The position numbers and the translations under genes were made by a program. Below the pieces are notes generated by a model that was given only the letters and a program-made list of their open reading frames with translations, searched no databases and was not told the origin of the DNA. 64,000 bases of DNA from the NCBI GenBank assembly GCA_964016885.1, contig CAXHJY010000768.1, positions 62,001 to 126,000 of the forward strand, in the 5' to 3' direction. The stretch is from Eledone cirrhosa (taxonomy: Eukaryota). Of this stretch, positions 54,804 through 64,000 are shown piece after piece. Within the stretch, counting starts at the first letter, position 1; each line of letters starts with the position of its first letter.

Positions 54804-56916
54804 CTGTGGGGTGAGAGGCACAGTGGGGAGGCGGTATGAGAAGGAGGAGTGATAATGTGACAGTAGTAGGAAGAGGAGGAGTGACAGAGTGGGACAGAGT
54901 GCTAAAGGTAGAGTACTAGAGGTAGAGTGCTAGAGTGGTAGAGATACAGTACTAGAGGTAGAGTACTAGAGGTACAGTACTAGAGGTACAGTACAACAGT
55001 GGTAAAGGTACAGTATTGGAGGTAGAGTACTAGAGGTAGAGTACTAGAGGTACAGTATTAGAGGTAGAGTACTAGAGGTAGAGTGGTAGAGGTAGAGTGC
55101 TAGAGGTAGAGTGCTAGAGGTACAGTACTAGAGGTAGAGTACTAGAGGTACAGTACTAGAGGTAGAGTACTAGAGGTAGAGTACTAGAGGTAGAGTACTA
55201 GAGGTAGAGTTTTAGAGGTAGAGTACTAGAGGTAGAGTACTAGAGGTAGAGTGGTAGAGGTACAGTACTAGAGGTAGAGTGGTAGAGGTACAGTACTAGA
55301 GGTAGAGTGGTAGAGGTACAGTACTAGAGGTAGAGTTGTAGAGATACAGTACTAGAGGTAGAGTGGTAGAGATACAGTACTAGAGGTAGAGTGGTAGAGA
55401 TACAGTACTAGAGGTAGAGTGGTAGAGATACAGTACTAGAGGTAGAGTGGTAGAGATACAGTACTAGAGGTACAGTACTAGAGGTAGAGTTGTAGAGATA
55501 CAGTACTAGAGGTAGAGTTGTAGAGATACAGTACTAGAGGTAGAGTGGTAGAGGTACAGTACTAGAGGTAGAGTGGTAGAGGTAGAGTACTAGAGATACT
55601 GTACTAGAGATACTGTACTAGAGGTAGAGTGGTAGAGGTACAGTACTAGAGGTAGAGTGGTAGAGGTACAGTACTAGAGGTAGAGTGGTAGAGGTAGAGT
55701 GCTAGAGGTACAGTGCTAGAGGTAGAGTGGTAGAGGTACAGTACTAGAGGTAGAGTGGTAAAGGTACAGTACTAGAGGTACTGTACTAGAGGTAGAGTGG
55801 TAGTGATACAGTACTACAGGTACAGTATTAGAAGTACAGTAATAGAGGTAGAGTGGGAAGAGGGCTAGAGGTACAGTGGGAATAGGGCTAGAGGCACAGT
55901 GGGAAGAGGGCTAGAGGCACAGTGGGAAGAGGGCTAGAGGCATAGTGGGAAGAGAGCTAGAGGCACAGTGGGAAGAGGGCTAGAGGTACAGTTAGAAGAG
56001 GGCTAGAGGCATAGTGGGAAGAGAGCTAGAGGCACAGTTAGAAGAGGGCTAGAGGCACAGTGGGAAGAGGGCTAGAGGCACAGTGGGAAGAGGGCTAGAG
56101 GCACAGTTAGAAGAGGGCTAGAGGCACAGTGGGAAGAGGGCTAGAGGCACAGTTAGAAGAGGGCTAGAGGCACAGTGGGAAAAGGGCTAGAGGTACAGTT
56201 AGAAGAGGGCTAGAGGCATAGTGGGAAGAGAGCTAGAGGCACAGTTAGAAGAGGGCTAGAGGCATAGTGGGAAGAGAGCTAGAGGCACAGTTAGAAGAGG
56301 GCTAGAGGCACAGTGGGAAGAGAGCTAGAGGTACAGTTAGAAGAGGGCTAGAGGCACAGTGGGAAGAGAGCTAGAGGTACAGTGGGAAAAGGACTAGAGG
56401 CACAGTGGGAAGAGGGCTAGAGGCACAGTGGGAAGAGGGCTAGAGGCACAGTGGGAAGAGAGCTAGAGGTACAGTGGGAAAAGGACTAGAGGCACAGTGG
56501 GAAGAGGGCTAGAGGCACAGTGGGAAGAGGGCTAGAGGTGCAGTGGGAAAAGGGCTAGAGGCACAGTGGGAAGAGAGCTAGAGGCACAGTGGGAAGAGAG
56601 CTAGAGGTACAGTGGGAAAAGGACTAGAGGCACACTGGGAAGAGGGCTAGAGGCACAGTGGGAAGAGGGCTAGAGGTACAGTTAGAAGAGAGCTAGAGGC
56701 ACAGTGGGAAGAGGGCTAGAGGCACAGTTAGAAGAGAGCTAGGGGTACAGTTAGAAGAGAGCTAGAGGCACAGTTAGAAGAGAGCTAGAGGTACAGTGGG
56801 AAGAGGGCTAGAGGCACAGTTAGAAGAAGAGGGCTAGAGGCACAGTTAGAAGAAGTGGGCTAGAGGCACAGTTAGAAGAAGAGAGCTAGAGGCAGAGTGG
56901 GAAGAGTGTAACTTAC

Positions 56917-57047
56917 CATGAAGATGTACTGCTTCTACTGGAAGGACTACGCACCTGAGCCTCAGATACACTGGCAATACGTGTGGCCGCGTGGATGGGT
57001 TCAGGTTTCTCTGATGATTTACTCTGCATCTTCTGTCTGCAGAGATC
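56917..57047 (-). CDS. PTPRN2: Internal coding exon (131 nt) of the IA-2/PTPRN2-like gene: DLCRQKMQSKSSEKPEPIHAATRIASVSEAQVRSPSSRSSTSS(W)
   Basis: (CT)n tract plus ttaccag| acceptor, ATG|gtaagt donor, phase 0 in and phase 2 out. The peptide matches the recalled DLCRQ..RIxSVS..SPSxRSSxSSW pattern of IA-2/phogrin. Confidence 0.9.
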
Positions 57048-57068
57048 CTGGTAAGTCGATGGTGGTGG

Positions 57069-57109
<41 letters not shown>

Positions 57110-58211
57110 TAGGTTACCATAGGGTAGGTTACTGTAGTGTTGGTAACCATAGGGTAGGTTACCATAACGTAGGCTCCATAGGGTAGATTACCATAGGGTA
57201 GGCTACCATAGGGTAGGTTACCATAGGGTAGTTTACCATAGGGTAGGCTACCATAGGGTAGATTACCATAGGGTAGGCTACCATAGGGTAGATTACCATA
57301 GGGTAGGCTACCATAGGGTAGGTTACCATAGGGTAGTTTACCATAAGATATGTTACCATAGGGTAGGTTACTATAGTGTAGGTTACCGTAGGTTAGGTTA
57401 CCATAAGATAGGTTACCATAGGGTAGATTACCATAGGTTCGTTAAGGTTAGGTTAGGTTGGTTTACTTGGTGAGTTAGAACCGACTTGCAACTGAAGTGT
57501 TTTAGAATAAGTACCTTAGCCTTTAGTGCGCTACTAAATTTTTTGAATTATTTCCCCTGCAACTGCCTTATTTTTTTTTTTTGGGGGGGGGGGGATCGTC
57601 TTATCTGACGAATATCGGCCTAAACCTGAATTTCACCTCAGAACTTTAGGGGTCGACCTATGCACCGGATCTACTTGTATACGGTATATATATATATGTA
57701 TGTATGTATGTACATATGTATAGAAATAGTCGAGCTGGATACTAGATCGTGCGGTTAAACCACTGGGAGTGAAGGACCCCTAGCCTATGTCAGGGCATTC
57801 TTCTAGGAGAAGGCAATTCAGGAAACTGGGATAACTCCGATATAAAACCTACAGCTCAGTAGTTACCGATGATGTTGATCTTTTCTTCTTTTCGCGTTAT
57901 AGCTACTGTCTCTCAGAGAGTGGGATTGGCTCAGTGCACAGTCTTTCCTCACTTAAAAAAATATCTTCACGCACAGGCATTGCACGATAGCATTAATTAA
58001 TAATTATTAATAATGGTATATTGTGCAATGGCTATACTCTATAACGAGGGGACAGCCATTATCATGTATGTATGTATGTATGTATGTATGTATGAATGTG
58101 TATGTGAATTCTTGGCCCGTGATTGGACGTTCTCTACACTTGTTTGTGTCTGGCTATTTTGTCCACAGATACAATGTGGTTGTGATAACACTGGTCTGAG
58201 GATCAGGCAGA

Positions 58212-59388
58212 TTTGGAATCTGGTCTGGAGCGTCAACTCTGTTCATGAGCCAGCTGTTATGAATCTGGTCTGGAGCGTCAACTCTGTTCATGAGCCAGCT
58301 GTTATGAATCTGGTCTGGAGCGTCAACTCTGTTCATGAGCCAGCTGTTATGAATCTGGTCTGGAGCGTCAACTCTGTTCATGAGCCAGCTGTTATGAAAC
58401 TGGAGTGGAGTGTCAACTCAGTTCAAGAACCAGCTGTTTGGGATCTGGTCTGGAGTGTCAACTCGGTTCACAGACCAGCTGTTTGGGATCTGGTCTGGAG
58501 TGTCAACTCGGTTCATCAGCCAGCTGTTTGGGATCTGGTCTGGAGTGTCAACTTGGTTCATCAGCCAGCTGTTTGGGATCTGGTCTGGAGCGTCAACTTG
58601 GTTCATCAGCCAGCTGTTTGGGATCTGGTCTGGAGTGTCAACTCGGTTCACAGACCAGCTGTTTGGGATCTGGTCTGGAGTGTCAACTCAGTTCAAGAAC
58701 CAGCTGTTTGGGATCTGGTCTGGAGTGTCAACTTGGTTCATCAGCCAGCTGTTTGGGATCTGGTCTGGAGCGTCAACTTGGTTCATCAGCCAGCTGTTTG
58801 GGATCTGGTCTGGAGTGTCAACTTGGTTCATCAGCCAGCTGTTTGGGATCTGGTCTGGAGCGTCAACTTGGTTCATCAGCCAGCTGTTTGGGATCTGGTC
58901 TGGAGCGTCAACTTGGTTCATCAGCCAGCTGTTTGGGATCTGGTCTGGAGCGTCAACTTGGTTCATCAGCCAGCTGTTTGGGATCTGGTCTGGAGTGTCA
59001 ACTTGGTTCATCAGCCAGCTGTTTGGGATCTGGTCTGGAGCGTCAACTTGGTTCATCAGCCAGCTGTTTGGGATCTGGTCTGGAGCGTCAACTTGGTTCA
59101 CAGACCAGCTGTTTGGGATCTGGTCTGGAGCGTCAACTTGGTTCACAGACCAGCTGTTTGGGATCTGGTCTGGAGCGTCAACTCGGTTCAAGAACCAGCT
59201 GTTTGGGATCTGGTCTGGAGTGTCAACTTGGTTCATCAGCCAGCTGTTTGGGATCTGGTCTGGAGTGTCAACTTGGTTCATCAGCCAGCTGTTTGGGATC
59301 TGGTCTGGAGTGTCAACTTGGTTCATCAGCCAGCTGTTTGGGATCTGGTCTGGAGTGTCAACTCTGTTCATGAGCAAGTTGTTTGGGA
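58212..59388. repeat. 45-bp minisatellite, about 26 copies
   Basis: Unit gatctggtctggagtgtcaacttggttcatcagccagctgtttgg. Confidence 0.95.
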
Positions 59389-59442
59389 AACGTAACTAGG
59401 ATTGAACAATAAATCTCTTATGTAACACCTCCACTTTGTTCT

Positions 59443-59490
<48 letters not shown>

Positions 59491-59852
59491 GTATAGTTAA
59501 TACAAAGCATTGTGAGATATGTAGTAAAAGGCCGATAACTTTTTTTTTAATGGGAAAAAAACTCTGATCACTCGTTTTGTCTTGGACTATTTCAGGTTCC
59601 CATCTAAAAAGAGGGTAATGGCCCTGAAATATGCTGGGTAAAACATTACTTTGTTCTATTTGTCATCATTTTGCCCTCCATATTTTGTACCAGCTTTTTT
59701 TATTTACTACCAATATATATATATAAACAAAACGCCAGCACCAACAGTTTTGCAAGAGATGTCAACAAGAATGGACCTATTATTTTTTTCTAAAGACATT
59801 TTTTCCAATTCCATCCCGCCCGTCCCCTCAATCTATTTTATTTCTCATTCTT

Positions 59853-59888
59853 TCTTCTGATGAAGGACTAGCGTCCGAAACGTTAAGA
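59853..59888 (+). ncRNA. Minimal hammerhead (family H7) with palindromic AACGTT stem III
   Basis: tctt-CTGATGA-a-ggac tagc gtcc-GAAA-cg-TT-aaga. Confidence 0.75.
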
Positions 59889-59973
59889 CCTTCTTCCTGC
59901 TAAATCAAGCGTTAACCTAATATATACCTTCCATATACTGTACCGATTGTGTTGTTATTTCTGTTTACCTTTT

Positions 59974-60047
<74 letters not shown>

Positions 60048-60085
60048 GTAATAAATGGAATATGTAACACTATAGCATCATAATT

Positions 60086-60145
60086 TATTTCGTTATATAT
60101 ATTTCAGGGATGCTAAATCATAGTATGCCTTCTTCAGACAAAATA
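60086..60145 (-). ncRNA. H1-like hammerhead
   Basis: Minus strand tattttgt-CTGAAGA-..-GAAA-tatata-TA-acgaaata. Confidence 0.68.
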
Positions 60146-60700
60146 CAATATTAGATGTATAAAATGTTATATGACATACTCTTAAAAGAGACCGTATGTG
60201 ATCAATTCTAAACGGGTGTGTGATTCAAAATCTCAAAATGTCCTAGAATGTAAAGATATTGGGAAATATAAACAAATAAATAAATAATAACGACAGTTAA
60301 ATTAGACGTTTCATATGTTTTTTTAAAAATAGCGTAATTAGATTAGTCAGAGGGAAACCATTAGATGGTTATATCTTATTACTAAAGGGAGATATAGATA
60401 TACATACACAAATATATACATACATATGCTTATATATATGTATATAGATCGATATATATATCTTATAATCTAATGCTACGAAAAAATGAAGGTATATATG
60501 ATATATATTTAAGACTGTATTTACATAAGTAAATAAACAAAGGGGAAGAACTCAGATTAATTATGACAAAAATTATATAATTCTAAGAATTTATTATTGG
60601 GGCCTATAATGTAAGCATAATATATATAATATATTATGTCAAGGAATATAAATAATTGTATCTACTTTTTGGCACAAGGCCAGCAATTACCCAGTACATT

Positions 60701-61107
60701 CAGACTCAGACTCAGAAGCTCCCGTGTCTTGCGACGCATGAGGCAATCATAGTGTTCCACCGCGTTCGGTCAGCAGCCAGTTGCACAGCGTCCCGCCATT
60801 GTCTGTTTGTCGCTCGCAGGTCCCTCTCAACCGTCTGGCGCCAGTTCATTTTGGGTCGCCCTCTCCGTCTGCTTCCCTGTGGGTTCCATTTAAGTACTTG
60901 GTTCGCCAGTCTCTCCGGGGGAAGTAGTGTCAAAGCGTGCCCAAACCAGCCCAGGCGTCGCTTGCAGATGGCAGAAGAGACCAGCTGCTGGTTGGTGCGG
61001 TTCCTGACTTCCTGGTTTGTTACATGGTCACTCCATTTAATCCCCAGGATCTTTCGCAGACACCTGGAATCGAATGCGTCCAACTTCTTCTCTTGGCTGG
61101 TCTTAAG
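60701..61107 (-). mobile_element. Young 5'-truncated RTE LINE inserted into a SINE-A copy, 7-bp TSD
   Basis: Open ORF ..FDSRCLRKILGIKWSDHVTNQEV..RRLGWFGH..RRRGRPKMNW; (CTGAGT)n tail; GTACATT at 60694-60700 and 61108-61114. Confidence 0.9.
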
Positions 61108-61327
61108 GTACATTACTGGTACTTTATTTTATCGACCCCGTAAGGATGAAAGGCAGCCACTTATGTTGTTACGATATAGATATGTATATATCTAAGAAAA
61201 GCCATAAGAGAAAAAAACAGTCCACGCTGTAATGTGGCCGTGTAGGTAGCACGGTAAAAAGTTCCACACTGTAAATGTGGTTGGTGTTAGGAAGGGCATC
61301 CAGCCGTAGAAAACCCGCCAGACGGTC

Positions 61328-62141
61328 CTTTTGGCTGGTATGGCAGGGCGCTGAGTCTTGCTGCCACACGTACGGCCTACCTGCAGCTACCTGGTCGATC
61401 CAGGGCTTTACTACCTCGCTCAGAACGCGGATGTAGTCATCGGTGTTCAGCTTGAGGGCCTCAGGGAAGAAGTGAGGTGGCATGACGTCACCTTGACTGC
61501 TGACGACATCTTAGACCAATGTTGTCGCTGGAAACTTTGTCTGCATGACTCTAGGCACGTCTTTGGATGAGACAGCGAGCCACCTGTTGATCAGCTTCTT
61601 TGCGTGCTTCAGTCGCTTTTCTTGCATCGCCTTTGACAGAAATTGTCCTTTCCTCATCTTGTATGAAACGTAGCGAATGTCTTCATATATCACCAGCCTA
61701 ATGAGCTTTTCATCCACGCCTTTCTCCCTTGCAATGGCACACATCGACTTGCTAGGTTCATTGTTGATGATATCCTGAACTTCAGCGACGAACTCGGGCG
61801 TTCCGAAGGCGTCAGATCATCGATCATCTGTTTTCCTCTCTGATGTTGCTTCGTAGTCGAATCCTGAATCTTCCAATTCCTTTCTGACCTATTCCACCAT
61901 TCTCCTGCTGACTCTGAGAAAGTCTGAAATTTCCTTATTTATCCTCCCGGCGCGGATTCCAAGAAGAACTCCGTGTCTCTTCCACAAATTTGGAGGTTCA
62001 AAATTATTCATAATCAATTATTCTGAAAATAAATAATGGAAATATAGTCACTGTTTTTATGAAGACAAGAGTGACAACGGAAGTAAAAAAAATTTGCATG
62101 AAATTAGCAGTTGAAAATTGCGAACAAATATTGTCCACACC

Positions 62142-62144
<3 letters not shown>
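61328..62144 (-). mobile_element. Degenerate Tc1/mariner-superfamily (maT/DD37D-like) transposon, left part
   Basis: TA|CAGGGTGTGGACAA terminus at 62144; translation includes SMCAIARE..YKMRKGQFLS, TKFPAT and YVWQQDSAPCH; stops and an internal deletion. Confidence 0.85.
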
Positions 62145-62189
<45 letters not shown>

Positions 62190-62190
62190 G

Positions 62191-62227
<37 letters not shown>

Positions 62228-62232
62228 GTATG

Positions 62233-62266
<34 letters not shown>

Positions 62267-62348
62267 AGTATGTATATATATATATATATATATATAAGTA
62301 TGTATATATATATATATATATAAGTATGTATATATATATATATATAAG

Positions 62349-62389
<41 letters not shown>

Positions 62390-62469
62390 CATTATTATTA
62401 TTATGGGGTTTTTTTTTTTCTTGCGCAATGGCCATACTCGATAACAAGGGGGGTAGCCATCATTCATTC

Positions 62470-62528
<59 letters not shown>

Positions 62529-63308
62529 ATGGAGGCACATAGCTTAGTGCATTGGGCTTGCAATCGAAAGGTTGTGAGTTCAATTCTCAGACCGGGTGAT
62601 GTGATGTTTCCTTGAGCAAGACACTTTATTTCACATTGCTCCAGTTTACTCAGCTGTAGAAATGAGATAGTAGGGACTGGGGTCTCTATCATTCCACTGC
62701 AAAGTGGTCGTGGAGGTGCGACGGCTAAAAAGCACCCAGCACTCACTGTAAATGAGGTTGGTGTTAGGAAGGGCATCCAGCTGTAGAAATCAAGCCAGAA
62801 TCAGTTCCAGTCCCACCCTTGCAAGCAGGGAAAAGCGGACGTATGATGATGATGATGATGATGATGATGATATATATATATATATACCACCACCCCCACC
62901 CCATCCACACCACCCCGTTCTATGTAAAGTTATGTTGGTGCCACACCATCCAGGCCGAAACAAATGAGATCGTGTAGGTGTCACGACAAAAAAACACACA
63001 GTCCACGCTGTAATGTGGCCGTGTAGGCAACACGGTAAAAACCTCCCAGACCCACACTGTAAATGTGGTTGGTGTTAGGAAGGGCATCCAGCTGTAGAAA
63101 ACCTGCCAGACAGTCCTATGCGAGCAAGACAATCACTCTTGCCTCAAGTGGGACTACCCCCGTCCAAACCCATGCAAGCGTGGAACACGGACGTTAAACG
63201 TTGATGATGATGATGATGATATATATAAAGACTTTTACACCCACACATTCTTATACCTCCATAAACACACATACATGCACCCTTAAAAAAAGAAGTTTGA
63301 GTCCTTAC

Positions 63309-63384
63309 CTGGTAATCTTTCGAAGCTTCAGCTGTATCAGGGTTGCTCAGTTGGGCCAGTTTCTGTCGAGACTGATGGTGTTGT
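63309..63384 (-). CDS. PTPRN2: Internal coding exon (76 nt) of an IA-2/phogrin (PTPRN/PTPRN2-like) gene: xQHHQSRQKLAQLSNPDTAEASKDYQ
   Basis: Minus strand ctttctatatattcag| acceptor and CAG|gtaagg donor. It ends in phase 0 and joins the 57047 exon to give YQDLCRQ, the conserved IA-2 juxtamembrane motif. The symbol denotes the family; invertebrates have one IA-2 homologue. Confidence 0.85.
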
Positions 63385-63544
63385 CTGAATATATAGAAAG
63401 CCACCACAGCTAAAATAGCTGTGGCAATAATACCACACAGGACAAAGGTGAGCGTGTAATATTTCGGGGTTTTCCCTGTGGTTTCTACGACTTTAACCTA
63501 ACAAAAGAAAAACAAAATAAATAAATTATCATCATCAACATTGT

Positions 63545-63942
63545 ATAATTGTTTCTACTTTTGGCACAAGGTCAGCAATTACCCCAGTGCATTACTGGTA
63601 CTTTATTTTATCGACCCCGTAATAATTGTTTCTGCTTTTGGCACAAGGCCAGCAATTACCCCAGTGCATTACTGGTACTTTATTTTATCGACCCCGTAAT
63701 AATTGTTTCTACTTTTGGCACAAGGTCAGCAATTACCCCAGTGCATTACTGGTACTTTATTTTATCGACCCCGTAATAATTGTTTCTACTTTTGGCACAA
63801 GGCCAGCAATTACCCCAGTGCATTACTGGTACTTTATTTTATCAACCCTGTAAGGATGAAAGGCAAAGTTAACCTCGGCGGGATTTGAACTCAGACCGTA
63901 AAGGGGCGTAACTCTGTGCTACAATGCATGGCGTCCGACCCT
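63545..63942 (-). repeat. SINE-A with 4 tandem 77-bp 3' units
   Basis: Same unit and junction as the other two arrays. Confidence 0.9.
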
Positions 63943-64000
63943 GTAGATCACCAGCAAGAGTAGCAGGAGGTGAAGAAGAGATCATATAACCCCCCATAAC

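Larger units (their letters stand above)
54290..57445. repeat. Minisatellites around the 57-kb exon: about 21 bp (54290-54660), 14 bp (54900-55850), 23 bp (55855-56900), 15 bp (57110-57440)
   Basis: Units gtagatagaaaggggtgtggt; gtactagaggtaga; agaggcacagtgggaagagggct; taggttaccataggg. Confidence 0.92.

Noticed and set aside
57011-57056. Plus-strand CTGATGA and a plus-strand ctgcag..ctg|gtaagt microexon
   Set aside because: No GAAA or stems follow; the minus-strand reading is supported by IA-2 similarity and exon phases.
57110-57465. TAGG/TTAGG-containing repeat as interstitial telomere
   Set aside because: The unit is a 15-mer, not tandem TTAGGG; only a few TTAGG copies occur at the edge.
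58013-59399. Long repeat-protein ORFs on both strands, with a plus-strand acceptor-like site at about 58168
   Set aside because: The 45-bp unit is a multiple of 3 and open in several frames; variants introduce stops; no recognisable domain; it lies inside a phase-matched intron.

Overview
Eukaryotic, extremely repeat-rich DNA. The SINE and microsatellite landscape suggests an octopus/cephalopod (inference). The only host-gene sequence I can support is three short, phase-compatible minus-strand exons (63309-63384, 56917-57047, 15230-15284). They splice to ..RQKLAQLSNPDTAEASKDYQ|DLCRQKMQSKSSEKPEPIHAATRIASVSEAQVRSPSSRSSTSSW|SEEPVSSNMDISTGHIVL, the juxtamembrane region of an IA-2/phogrin (PTPRN/PTPRN2-like) receptor phosphatase. 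The rest is intron (6.3 kb, 41.6 kb, >15 kb) filled with (TA)n and other microsatellites, tRNA-derived SINEs (several expanded into minisatellites), Tx1, RTE and R4-like LINE remnants, a maT/Tc1-mariner remnant and a TTAA-flanked piggyBac-like MITE. The main unexplained signal is about 23 intact-core and 3 degenerate type I hammerhead ribozyme motifs (CUGANGA..GAAA..UH) from several unrelated short families. Most sit in (TA)n tracts and many occur as fold-back inverted pairs, resembling non-autonomous Penelope-like pseudo-LTR/retrozyme elements. A duplicated exon end forms a candidate 24-nt poison microexon. Nearly all long ORFs in the supplied track are repeat artefacts. All folds and counts were done by eye.
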